Shown here: piece after piece, positions 51,301 to 64,000 of the stretch
How positions within the stretch are numbered: position 1 is the first letter of the stretch
How the letters are laid out: every line of letters begins with the position of its first letter
NCBI GenBank assembly: GCA_023213395.1
Contig: CM041465.1
Span: 230,275,741 to 230,339,740 of the forward strand
Origin: Cycas panzhihuaensis
Lineage: Eukaryota; Plantae; Cycadophyta
DNA: 64,000 bases
Direction: 5' to 3'
Translations under genes and position numbers: made by a program
Notes under the pieces: model-generated
The model's database searches: none
The model's input: the letters and a program-made list of their open reading frames with translations, nothing else
What the model was told of the DNA's origin: nothing

Positions 51301-52440
51301 TTACAAAGTATAAGTCTAAGAGCACTTGATTTATCATTTAAAAAATGCTTTGTATGGCTTGAAACAAGTTCCTCGAGCATGGTACTCTAAAATCGATGAT
51401 TATTTTTTGAGACATGGTTTTCATTGATCCACATTAGACCCTAATTTATACATCAAAGTTGAGAAAGACCATGCTATCTTTCTTGTCTTGTATGTTGATG
51501 ACTTAGTGATCACTGGTAATGACACTAAGATGATATACATACTCCAAGATGATTTGAAAAGAATTTTTGAGATGATAGATCTTGGACTACTACATTATTT
51601 TCTAGGCTTTGAGGTGTGGCAACAGCCTGGATCTATCTTGATATTCTCAAGAAAAATATTTTTGGGACATTTTGCAATGGTTCATAATGCGTGACTGCAA
51701 ACTAGCACCAACACCTATGGAAAATATAACAAAGTTTACTCTTAATGAAGAAGATGAACCTTCAAATTCCACTCTTTATCGACAGTTAATTTGTAGTCTC
51801 ATTTATCTCACCAACACTCGATCAGATATTTTATTTGTAGTTGGGATTTGTTCTAGATATATGTTTCAACCTAATTAGAAACATTAGAATGCAACAAAAC
51901 ATATACTCAAATATATCAAAGAAATATTACAGTATGGCCTTCAGTATGCACATAATGAGGACTTTATCTTGGAAGGGTTTTCAGATTCTGATTGGGCAGG
52001 TTTTCAGGATAGTCAGAGATCTACCTCGGGTTACTAGTTTACCTTTGGTTTAGGAGTTATTTCGTGGAGTTGTAAGAAATAATCCAATGTTACCTTGTTA
52101 TCTACTGAAGAAGAATACAAAGCTGCTATTAGCGCAATTTGTGAGGCTATCCGGCTATGACAGATTTTTGAAGAGCTTGGACTTGAGTAAAATCAACCCA
52201 CTAGGATATATTGTGACAATCAGAGTATACTCAAGTTAGCTAAGAATCTAGTCTTTCATGCACGGACTAAACATATTGAGGTTCATTATCACTTCATTAG
52301 AGAGCATGTGTAGAATGGTGAGATCAACCTCCAGTACAGACTTACAGAGGAGTAGATAGCAGATATCTTTACCAAGCTTCTTGGTAGAGAAAAAAATATA
52401 AAATTTAGAGATGGTCTTGGTATCCGACTTAACATTGTAA
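48316..52440 (+). pseudogene. Degenerate gag-pol of copia F
   Basis: ORF 48448-49104 is Gag with CHYCGKVGHIAPDC. WIIDSGASRHM protease; integrase 49730-50773; RT YVDD at 51491; RNase H to ~52440. Many CAG>TAG and CGA>TGA stops. Confidence 0.9.
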
Positions 52441-53005
52441 ACAGTAAAGGGGGGTGTTAAACCTTATGTTTATATATTAAGTATGTACTTTATTCTTTTA
52501 TTCATTTATTCATTATTTTGTACTTTATGGGGTGACTAATCACTTAAGTGATAAAATGTACACCCATTTTCATCCTAGTAATATAACATTGTAACTAAAG
52601 GGTCAAATGGATCCTCATACATCTTTGCTCACTTGAGAGTTTAATAGACACATGTCCTTCATGCATGACATGCAAGCCATGCATTGCATGTACCTTAGAT
52701 GTTTGCCACTTGACAAACATCCAACGGTGTTAGGTAATCTCAATTACTCTATATTGAGACATTTCCTCATGCCTTATATGTAGAGTTGAAGTGTAATATT
52801 ATGCTGCCAATTTGCTAATCAATTGGTATTCTTTGGAGTAGGACTAATTCCTCCTTCTCACTCTTTGGTATCATCTTGCTCTCTTGATCTTGGTCTTATT
52901 TATCCTTTAGTTTTGCTCTTATGCTATTTAGAACTAGAGGAGAACTATCTTCATGATGTTGGTTTTAAAGGTCTTATGCACTCTAATCTTTTGGCATTTC
53001 TCACA

Positions 53006-53280
53006 TTAATGTAGACGACTCTTCCCTAGTTTTGCTTAGTTGGATCAAAAGACAACAAATCACATTATAAAGGCTATCTAGTTGCTTTATGATGTTTTGG
53101 ATTAAGAGATATGGTTGGATGTTGATCAAGACTAAAGAAATCTTCAAATTCCTTGGCATTCCTTTCGCCTTCGAAATGATCTTGTTAGTAATGTGGGAGT
53201 ATGTGGTAGTTAGTGTTGACAAAAAATTAGAATGTTGGATCTTCAAGATTATCCCTTTTAAACAAAGGTCTCAACTATAG
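53006..53280 (+). mobile_element. Continuation of the LINE RT remnant (3' part)
   Basis: gta gac gac tct = VDDS (catalytic xDD-like motif), then FKFLGIPF...W..V...VDKKLECW, typical of the L1 RT thumb region. Confidence 0.7.
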
Positions 53281-53711
53281 TCCATAAGAATGAAATAGTA
53301 AATTGGACCTATGCATGCAAAATTGTAATGTTGAATGAACATCTTCATATATTATGTAACATTTTATTAAATATGTCATGTTATGAATTATAATTTAGTA
53401 ATAAAATGTGCTAAATAGTAAAATATAACTTTGGGTTAGTATAATATATTCATATCTATATGTTGTAGATTTGCAACTTGAGGCAAGTTGTACATGAAAT
53501 AGACAATTAATTAAAAAAAAAATCAAAATACATTAAAGTCTAACTACCCTAGGAATAGTTCTAAAAAAAATTTGAAATATAAAATTGATAATTATTACTT
53601 TGTTACAAATCTTATAAATATGAATTATCTTACATATCAACAATTTAATGTTGTAGGTTTAATCTCTCCTATTGAAAGAAGAGCTTTGCCCACAATGTTT
53701 AGGGTGGAGGT

Positions 53712-56700
53712 TGATGTGTATTAATGGTGATTGAAGGCTCAGAGAATGCTACCAAATCATTTGGGATTGTCAAATGTTATTGAATAGTGCATGAATTTTT
53801 TTTCTTTTATTTTAGGGGGATGAATTACAATTATGTCTAAATTCATGTCTGTATAATGATATGCCTCTTAATTTTTGTTGGGGGCTTATAACCACTTAAC
53901 AACCCTAAACTATCTAATAAACTAATTAACTTGGCTAGTTTCATTAATTCAACTAATTGTCAAGTTAATTACTTAACTAACAAATTAACCTAAGTATACT
54001 CTACATAAAAGTATAATTTATTACACATTACTCTACATAATGTTATCATACATGAATGAGTGTTTTTCATCATTCGACTTTATTATAGAGGAAATTGTCC
54101 CAAATTCATGGTCTTTTATAGATGTGCAAAGGGTAATTTGCAATGGTTGGGGCAAACTATGTTGTATTATCCTTGTTTAAAGATGATATTGTATGAGATT
54201 ATTTGCTACAAAAAACTATTTTAGATGAATAAAGGGGTGAGAAATCTCACATGATGACTATTGGCTACTTGCAAAAGACAACTAATGATGGGAGATCCCT
54301 AGGTATCTTGTCGGTGGCCATAAAGTAGGATGCGTCAAAAGATATGTGTCCAATGGACATTAAAGGAAAGTCACATGGAGTAGGGTTTATGTGATTACAC
54401 CCTTTCTCGATGTGTTGTATACATTATGTCATGCTACTTGTGTTGGGTGAAAACTTGCTAAAATGTTCAAGACACATCTCTATTCATCCAAAACCATGGC
54501 TATAGGTGCATTCATTAGCAAGGTATGAAAATATCTATATATTACTATCCCTACTCCTAAATAGACATCTCTAATGGTGTAGGTGTTACTGTCATAGAAT
54601 CTCCTAGCTCTGGTGAAGGAGTTGTCTAAAGAAGCATCTCTATTTGAATAGTTTTTTATTTGGGCATTGGTCTCTCAAATAAGTTGGTGCCTTTTCTAAA
54701 TAGACGAATGAGTCTAGTTATTTGTGTTTTGAGACAATAAGTAGTGGACCTCATAAATTGTCTTGTTTTTTTACAACTGATATATATTTGTGAGCCCATA
54801 ATAGACTATTTCTCTATCATATTGATAAGGTATTCTTTAAAGTAGTTCACAACAATATTTGGGAGTCACATCATAAATAGCTGTGTTTATATAGGGTTTC
54901 ATTGTAGAAGTTACATGATAGACTCTATCAATCCTTGTTTATGGTGCCCTTTTTTTTTAATCCCATTCAAGTGTATAAGGTTTAGGACAAGGTTTTGTAA
55001 GGAGATTGAGATCCCTAACAAAGTTTATTACATACTTGATTTTTCATACTACCATTGTGAATGACACATAGTACAATGTGGTCTTTGATCTGGCAATTTT
55101 GAGTAAAGGGTGCTTTTCTTGCTAAAGCATTATAGTCCTTAGTCATCGGGACCAGACTTGGATCTACCATTCTCTAATTGGTGACAAGTACTATTGGAAT
55201 CTCTGTTGAATTACTTGATGTGTTAGCTTTCTCACTTGATGTGTCAACTTTCTTTTTAACTACTAAGGTTTTTCCCTTGGCTTTATACTGCTCTTGTTGT
55301 TTCCAGTACTCCTCATTGGAGTGATTATTGGTCTGTGCATTATGTAATACTTCTCTTTTCTCTTCACTTCTTTTGAAGGGTTTATTATATCTATTTCATT
55401 TCTTTGATTGAAATGTTATTTTGGTGGTCATTATGATTGTTATTACTATGGAGGTTTAGTAGGAGGTTTTTCTATGAAGCTTGTTTTTCACTTTCAATGC
55501 ATATTAAAAAGCTTCATCTAGTGAAGAGATCTTTATCAAGTCCAACTCCTACCATAAGGATGAGAAAAGTCCATTCAAAAATTTGACCATAAGGGTGTGT
55601 TCAAAATCCTTGGGCTTTACCATTATGACCATTTTATTAAAAATATTAATAAATTGTTGGATATATTATTCAAGTTGTCACAATTATAACCATTTCTTTT
55701 CCATTTTGTTTTTATACTCAATGGGATAAAATTATTTTTAAAAAAATATTTTAAAATTGTCCTATGTTATTACTTTGCTATGGATGTTTACATATGTTTG
55801 TCACCATACTAGGGCTTGCTCTGACATGTATATTTTTGCCATAGTGATTTTTTCATCGGTTAGGCTTAGACACTTGAAATAAACTTCTAAGCTCTAGTTC
55901 CAACTATTTAAAGCTTCAACATTTATTGTGTTATGAAACTTGGATAGTTATCCCAGTATTTGGTTTAAATTGTGGCTATTATATAGGGATTGCTATGGAA
56001 ATATAACCTTGTTGAGTCTGTTGGACTTGTAAGAACTGTTGGGTCTACTAGACTATCATTTGTTCAAATATCTTCATCATATACAATATCATTTAGACTT
56101 GAGTATATCCTTGTTGCTAAAGTGTAGCCTCCACCATTTGTATAAAAGCCAAGGAAGGTTCTTCTGATCTTTGTTTAGATTCTTCAACAATTTCTTCTTC
56201 GAAAGTTGCCTATTTTTCTCGATGAGGCATGCTATGCTAAAAATAGTATACATGATTCGACATCAAAAAATTTGTTTGTGATTATATTTTAGCTAATAGT
56301 TCTTGTGAATGGAAATTTTTAATGGCTAAGAAATTTTTCTATGGGTATTAAAATTTCTTGTCATATGTTTCTATTTTTTATGAACTTTGATTAAAATTGA
56401 AAGAAATGTAGGTTCTCACACACGAGTGCCTTTTTAATGCTTTTAAGAATGTAGGTTCTGACATATGAGTGCCTTGTTAATGCCCTTTAGCAATTTATTA
56501 AAAATAATAAACTTTTTTAATTTTATATTTGCAAATTACAAAAATGACAGCCCAATATTTTCCCTAACTAATTTTTGGAGTTTATGATGTTTTTACTATT
56601 TTTAGCCCTTGTAAAAAATGAGATACGATATATTTTTTCTTATTCCTCTATTTAATATTTTGCAAAGAAAGAATATTTTGTTGTTGAATAAACATATGAC

Positions 56701-59700
56701 AAAAATAATTTTTGAGGCCATAGAAAATTGAAATTTGTTTTTGGGAAAATTTTCATTTCTAAGGCACATTTTTGATGCAAATTTTGGATTTGTGAACATA
56801 TTTGAGGCATTTACATATGTTGGATGTTTTTGTGGTGTCTAACTCAGCCTTGCCTTCATCACAATCTAGCTTACAACACTTCATGGATGTTTAGGTTTTC
56901 ACGAGCTTCATTAGCAGGATTAGGTTTTTATAGGCTTTGTCAACATGATCATCCCTCAACAATCCTCCTTATTGATTTCTTGTTAGTTCTCTTTGTTGGG
57001 CAATCTTCACATTTAATGGGAGATGACATCTTCTTCTGTCATTTGATCTAGGCTAAGATATAATGTTAATAATCATTATGGTCGTATACGATTCATAACC
57101 CAATACTTTATTTGACCAATTAATAAGCAAAAGATTGAAGGGTATTTCCCATGTATGCCAATGGTGTAGATCTTGGGTGGAAGCGTAGACTCGAGATCAC
57201 CTAAGCATATCTGTAGAGGTGACATAAACAAGCTCTCTATTTTCTAGTTGTTGTGTTATCTTTAAAAGTGATTGTAGATTAGGAGATCCACTCTAAATAT
57301 TTCTAAATCTTGTGATTTTAGGCATGCCTCTATAGGACTGGCTTCATGAAATGCTATCATAAAAAGTCCCTGTTTGTTTCTAGGATGGTATCATTGTAAT
57401 ATCTTTTATCCTCGTAGGCAGGAATCTTGTATGGCACTCACATTTCCTTCTTTCGCTGCATGACTTGAGCATTGTTTGGTAGTTAGAGCATCACACTATA
57501 GAAATTTTCTATTTGGGAATTGACCTATAATTAATTGGCTTGATATTAGGTTATAAGTACTACTGGGATTCTTATAGAATTACTTAATGTGTTAGCTTTC
57601 TCACTTGATGTATCAACTTTCTCTTTAACTACCAAGTTTTCCCCTTAGCTTTATACTACTCTGGCTATTTCTAATACTTCTCATTGGAGTGATTACTGGT
57701 CTTATGCATTGTGCAATAATTCTCTTTCTTCTTCATTGCTTTTAAAGGATTTATTGTATCTATTTTATTTCTTTTATTGAAAGGTTTCTTTGATGGTCAT
57801 TGAGATTATTATTACTTTGGAGGTCTAGTAGGAGATTTTTCTATGAGGCTTGCTTTACACTTTTAATGCATACTAGAAAGCCTCGTCTAGTTAAGAGATA
57901 TTTATCAAGTCCAACTCCTACCATAGGGATGAGAAACTTCCACTCAAAAATTTGAGCATAAGGGTATGGTGAAATTCCTTGGACTCTACCATTATTGACC
58001 ATTTTATTGATATATTATTGGATATATTATTTGGGTTATTGTCGCAATTGCAACCATTTCTTTTCTGTTTTATTTTTATACCTAATAAGATAAAATTATT
58101 TTTAAAAGATTGTTTTAAAATTGTCCCATGTTATTACTTTGCCATGGATGTTTACATTATGCTTGTCACCATACTAGGACTTGCTTTGACATGTGTATTT
58201 TTTCCATAGTGTTTTTTTTCTTAGTCAGACTTGGACACTTGAAATAAACTTCTAAGATCCAGATCTAACTATCTAAAGATTCAACATTTATTATGTTATG
58301 AAACATGGATAATTATCCAAGTATCTTGTTTAAATTATGATTATTAGATAGGGACAATTGTGGAAATATAGCCTTGTTGAGTTTGTTGGACTTGTAAGAA
58401 TTGTTAGATCTATTATACTATCATTCGTTGAAACATTGTCATCATATCCTACATCATCTAGGCTTGAGTATTTACTTGTTATTGAAGTGTAGCCTTCATC
58501 ATTTGTGCAAAAGCCAGGGAAGGTTCCTCTAATCTTTGTTCAGAGTCTTCAATAATTTCTTCTTCAAAAGTTACCTATTTTTCTTAGTGAGGCATGCTGT
58601 GTTAAAAAAGTATACATTATTTATCATCAAAAAATTTGTTTTTGATTATATTTTGGCTAATCACCCTTACAAATGGAATTTTTTAATGACTAAGAAATTT
58701 TCTTGTAGGTATTAAAATTTCTTGTCATAGATTCTTATTTTTTATAAACTTTTATTAAAATCAAGAGAAATGTAGGTTCTCATACACGAGTGCCTTTTTA
58801 ATGCTTTTAAGTCACTATGATGTTGACTACCTTTAACAACTTATTAAAAATAATAAACTTTCTCACTTTTATATTTGTAAATCACAAAAATGACCATGTC
58901 TAATATTTTTCCTAATTAATTTTTAGAGTTTATGATAATTTATTCATTTTTAGCCCTTGTAAATAATGAGATATGATATATTTTTTCTTATTTCTCTATT
59001 TAATATTTTGAAATGAAAGAATATTTTGTTGTTGAATAAGCATATAATAAAAAAACTATTTGATGCCTTAGAAAATTAAAACTTATTTTTGGAAAAATTT
59101 TGATCTCTAAGGGATATTTTTGGTGCAATTTTTAGATTTACGAATATATTTGAAGCACTTACATATGTTGGGTATTTTTGTGGTGTCTAACTTAGCCTTA
59201 CCTTCATCATAATCTAGTTCATATCACTTCATAGATGTTAGGTTTTCATGAGCTTCATTACTGGGATAAGGTTTTTGCAGGGTTCGTTAGCATGATCATC
59301 CTCTTGGCAATCTTATTATTGGTTATCTTTATTAGGCGATCTCCACATTTAATGGCAAACAACGTCTTCATTTGGTGTTTGATTTGGGCTAAGATATAAT
59401 GTTAATAATCACTATGGCTACATATTATTCATAACCTAATACTTTAATTGAACAATTAACAAGCAAAAGAATGAAGGGTAGTTCCTATATATGCCAATGG
59501 TGTAGATCTTGGGTGAAAGCATAAACTCAAGATTGCGTAAACAACTCTATGAAGGCAACATGAATGACCTCTCTATTTTCTAGTTGGTGTGCTATTTTTA
59601 AAAGTGATTGCAGATTAGGAGTATGTTTCCCATTCACTTTAATGATCCACTCTAAATGTTGTCATTCTAGATATGCCTCCACATGATTGACTTTATGAAA

Positions 59701-60278
59701 TGCTATCATAAATAGTCCCTATTTGTTTCTAGGATGGTATCATTGTAACATCCTTTGTCCTTGTAGGTAAGAATCTCATATGGCACTCATGTTCCCTTTT
59801 CTCAATGTACGACTTGAGCGTTATTTGGTAGCTAGAGAATCACACTCTAGAAATTTTCTTTGATATTTCATATTTGGGAATGGGTAACCTATAATTAATT
59901 GGCTTGATCTCAAGCTCTAATATTAATTGATGTGTATTAATGGCTATTAAAGACTCAAAGAACATTACCTTATTATTTGGGATTGTTAAAGAGATCATGT
60001 ATATGAAAATTTCTTTTATTATCTTAGGAATGAGTTACAATCATGTTTACACTCATCTCTGTATAATGATATGCCTCTCAATTTATGTTGAAGGGCTTAT
60101 AATCATCTAACAATCCTAAAATACCTAACTAATTAATTGATCTAGTTAGTTTAACAAATTCAGTTAACAAATAATTTAATTAGTTGACTAACAAATTAAC
60201 CTAACTGTATTCTACATAAAAGAATAATTTAGTACATACTACATAATTTTATAATACATGGATAAGTATTTCTCCTTA
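53712..60278 (-). mobile_element. Minus-strand non-autonomous gypsy K (gag/protease remnants only), TSD GAGGT
   Basis: Homologous LTRs at 53712-54072 and 59928-60278. GAGGT at 53707-53711 and 60279-60283. Degenerate PBS gctctaatatta at 59914-59925. The reverse complement of ~55490-55600 reads KFLNGLFSSLW*ELDLIKISSLDEAF (gag); a protease-tail-like segment lies at ~54320-54390. Confidence 0.75.
55186..59908. repeat. Diverged tandem duplication of ~2.37 kb inside element K
   Basis: Collinear similarity between 55186-57554 and 57555-59908 (e.g. tgtgttagctttctcacttgatg, aagtccaactcctaccata). Confidence 0.9.
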
Positions 60279-60474
60279 GAGGTTGATGAATGCTTGCAGC
60301 TCCCATGTTATATCTTTTAGTAGTAAACTCTTCCCTTTTATTAAACACTTGGTTATTGTATGAGATCAAGCTCTCTTTGCTATGTTTTAAGGATGCTTCG
60401 TGGTTCATATGTGGCCTTTCCCTTATCATCATCAATAAACAAGCATCTTAGAGATCTAATATTAAGGATCACCT

Positions 60475-61026
60475 TTCTTTTTAAACTTGAGACATGGAAT
60501 ACATTGTGGATCTTATTGTGAGGAGGTAAGCCTAGTGAATATGCTACCTCTCTTACCCTTCTCCTTATTTAGAATGGATTATAAAATTGCGGCATAAACT
60601 TAAACATTCCTTGTTGTCTCAATGATACTAGCTTATATGGTTATAAATATACATATACCTTATCCCCAATATTCAATTGCTTCTTAGAGTAGTATCAATC
60701 AACTTGTTATTTCATATGGTTCCTTTCACTCTTCGAGTAATTCCAATCAATTCTTTTTAAACTTAAGACGTGGAATACATTGTGGATCCTATTGTGAGGA
60801 GGTAAGCCTAGTGAATATGCTACCTCTCTTACCCTTCTCTTTATTTAGAATGGATTATAAAATTGCGGCATAAACTTAAACATTCCTTGTTGTCTCAATG
60901 ATACTAACTTATATGGTTATAAATATACATATACCTTATTCCCAATATTCAATTCCTTCTTAGAGTAGTATCAATCAACTTGTTATTTCATATGGTTCCT
61001 TTCCCTCTTAGAGTAATGCTAATCAA
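60475..61026. repeat. Tandem duplication, 2 x 276 bp, in the integrase C-terminus of L
   Basis: ttctttttaaactt.agac.tggaatacattgtggatc... at 60475 and 60751, near-identical. Confidence 0.92.
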
Positions 61027-64000
61027 TTTGTTTCTTTATATGGTTCCTTGCGATATCAAAATTATACTTGAGCTCCTTGAGTATTTGCTTTACTTATTAG
61101 ATCAACTCTCATGTCATTGATACTCATGACATCATTCACAAAAAGTCAATTTCTATTGGTTATTGATTTCATATAAATCTATAAAAAGGGTCATTCTACT
61201 TGTTGAATATTATACCAACACTTGGCGAGATAAATTTATTTCACCCATTTAGACTGGTCATCCCACGTATGGCATAACAAGTATGTCTCCAAGTATTTAT
61301 TGATGGGTTGGATTTACCCATTGGTTTGGAGATGGTGGGTTATACTCATAACAAGCTTAAATCTTGCTAATCTAAAATGATTATTCCAAAAGTTGCTAGT
61401 AAACTTCAAATCCCTATTAGAGATAATTTGATTAGAAAAATCATGTAACTTGTGGATATTTTTCATGAAACATTCATCCATTTGAGGGGTTCTTTAAATT
61501 GATTATATCAAAATAAAGTGAGCATATTTTGTAAGGTGATCAACTACTACCAATACATTATCTTTTCCTCAAATTTAAGTAACCTTGTGATAAGGTCTAG
61601 TAAGATTTCCTCCTATTTAAGTTGTAGGATAAGAAATGGTTATAAGAGCCCAAATCTTTCTATACTCTCTAATTTACATTTTTGACAAGTATCACACTCT
61701 AACACAAATTCCCTCACATCTTTTATTTTCTTCCACCAAAATGATCTTTTAACTCTTTCATAAGTATTTACAAATCTTGAATGGTCAATTGAGGGAGACT
61801 GGTGTTGTTCTTAATGTAATTTATCCTTTAGATTTATGCTTCTTGGAAGGAATATTTTGTTTTTGCATAATAAAGTTTAACCCTTGATGGACCAATTAGG
61901 TCTTGCTACTTTGTCAATGCATTACTTGATGAAATTGTTGATCTCTTGACTAGTGGTATATTTGTGATGAAGTTTATCTAGCCATAAAGATTGAATGACT
62001 AGTATAACTATATAATCCCCTTTGTATTTCATCAAAAAGGCATTTACTATGATGACATCCTTTATCTTCTTATATATATTCTTGAAATCATAATTTTAAA
62101 TTTTCATTATCCACCTCTATTATTATTCTAAGAGGTTTAACTATGATAGGAAGTGACATAAACTCTAGTGATCCATCTTTTCTATAAATTTACTTTAAAG
62201 AAGATTTTTTTATCATTTTACCAATGCATGTGAAATTATAAACATCTCCTTATCATAAGTGTTTTTTGCCTGTTCCCTAATGTTCAACTTTCAAACACAA
62301 TAGGCATATCTTTTTATAGGAGTATTATACCAACTCTAGCTTCAAATGCATCACATTCAAAGGTAAAGGGTTAAGAGAAACATGGCAAGGTAGGTATCGT
62401 GGTAATAGTTGCCTTGAGATGATTGAAACTTAGTTTTGCCACATCATCCCACATGAACTAATTTTTCTTATATAGGTATGTGAGTGATCATACTATATTT
62501 ATGTATCCTTTTATAAACATCTTGCAATAGCCATTTTACCTCAAAAATTTCTATACTTTTGAGGTATTTTTTGTTATTAGGAAATCAATAATGGATTATG
62601 CATTAACCATATCAATTTATATTTCTTTTTATGATATTATGTGCCCTAAATAATGTAATGTTTATCTACCAAAGCTACACTGGATATTTTTACATACAAT
62701 TTATTCTCTTAATGTCTACAAGGATAACTCTAAGCATTTGAGGTGCTCATCCCATGTTTTACTATAGACCAAAATATTGCTAAAGAAAACCATAATAGAT
62801 AGTCTTAAGAATTTGAATTGCTATGTCTTTACCTTCTGATCCTATCAAGTATTCAATGTAGGACTTGCCAACAATCTTCTCAAGTGAGAATTTAAATTAT
62901 TACATCTTTACATTAACTTTCCAATCCCTATAACATACAAAGTCATGCATCCTCCCTACAAGATGAAAGATTACCTTATTGGAGGCATACATGTAAGATG
63001 AAATTCACCACATATAATCATGGGATTCACTACACATGCATGAACAACTCAATAGAACTTGACTTGGCTCTAATATGACTTGAGGTAGGCCATAAATGAA
63101 ATGGATAATTAATTTAAAAAATTAATTGAATTATATTGAAGTATAACCACCCTGAGAAGGGTGTAGAGTTCTTCAAAAGACCCAAAATATAAAGCTAATA
63201 ATTATTACTATAACAAATCTTATAAATATTATTTTTTTCCTTATATTGTATATGTCGACAATTTAGTGTTATAAGTCTACAATATTTTACATCTATTCAT
63301 AGGAGAACTATTACTCCATTTAGTGTGGGCCATATGGTTTCAAAACTAAATTCAAGTGTTAGTGATGGTTGGAATAAGGTGTGTAAAGAAAATGTGATTT
63401 GGTAAAGATCATATGCAATAAAGTGCATGTAAATTTGAATAAAAGTAGATAAAAAAAAGATAAATGGAAATGGTTTTAATGGCAAGTCCTTTTAGGCTCA
63501 TAATTGAGTATCTAAATTAGAAGTACATGGGATGTTTTAGTTGTGAAAGAAAAAAACAAAAGGATTGAAGAAGACAACTTTTACAATAAATCTCTCATAA
63601 CGTGCATTGCTTATGAGAAAGATTTATCTTAACAAGGTGTTTCTTTAGAAAGGAGCTCATAGGAAGAGATAATTTATGAGGAATGAATAATTGGTTCCAT
63701 GATTTAAAATAAAGAAGGAAAAACACAAAGTAAATGAAGAGTAGAGATAAATGATCTAGTAATATTATGCTCTTGTAAGGAGGACATAATGAAAGTATTA
63801 AAGAAGGAGTTCATAGGGAAGATGACTTATGGGGGAAATTTATCAAAGTATGATTAAAAGAAAAAAGAGAAGGAAAATAGTTAAACTTAATGTCTTCTCA
63901 TATGTATATCATTCCACTCAAGTGAAAAGTAAGAAGTAAGGTTTTCACTAGAGAACATATGTATGGACTTGTATTTTTATAACTAAGATATTTGAGAAAG

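Larger units (their letters stand above)
30096..53005 (+). mobile_element. Copia element F (long 5' leader family, related to B); LTRs 30096-30627 and 52455-53005; hosts G and H
   Basis: Clearly homologous TG...CA LTRs. PBS tggtattagagc at 30630-30641; PPT aaagggggg before 52455. The flanks (ggagc / ttaat) do not form a TSD. Confidence 0.85.
53479..63281 (-). mobile_element. Decayed minus-strand Ty3/gypsy element L (RT-RH-INT at ~60284-62800; short LTR-like repeats ~53479-53661 and ~63081-63281); hosts K
   Basis: The reverse complement reads VFFSNILVYSKTWDEHL (~62740-62790), ECDAF (RH, ~62350) and EVAYSLGLPPHNKIHNVFHVSSLK (INT C-terminus). Degenerate PBS gctctaatatga at 63067-63078. The LTR-like copies share ataattattac..acaaatcttataaatat. 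No TSD found. Confidence 0.65.

Overview
AT-rich eukaryotic (land-plant-type) genomic DNA made almost entirely of nested, decayed LTR retrotransposons around the 3' exons of one host gene. Left nest: a Ty1/copia RT-RNaseH remnant (C) is split by the 3' end of a Ty3/gypsy element and by a long-leader copia (B, 1466-12401, TSD TTTAT). B carries a short-LTR copia (A, 2900-7469, TSD ATCAA). Middle: minus-strand copia fragments, unassigned repeats, and five spliceable exons (26034-27462) encoding an amphipathic BAR-like helix plus two EF-hands. Right nest: a LINE RT remnant is split by a second long-leader copia (F, 30096-53005). F holds a short-LTR copia (G, 32825-48161), which holds a GC-rich gag-protease-only Tat/Ogre-like gypsy with ~2.5-kb LTRs (H, 35806-45857, TSD GTAGT). 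The far right has a minus-strand gypsy (L) containing a gag-protease-only gypsy (K, TSD GAGGT). Best leads: (1) a conserved multi-hairpin RNA module in the ~2-kb leaders of B and F, each of which was hit by a related short-LTR copia; (2) a 4x85-nt hairpin array with G-U-tolerant substitutions in H; (3) the BAR-like/EF-hand host gene. All boundaries were read by eye; no database search or folding was run.
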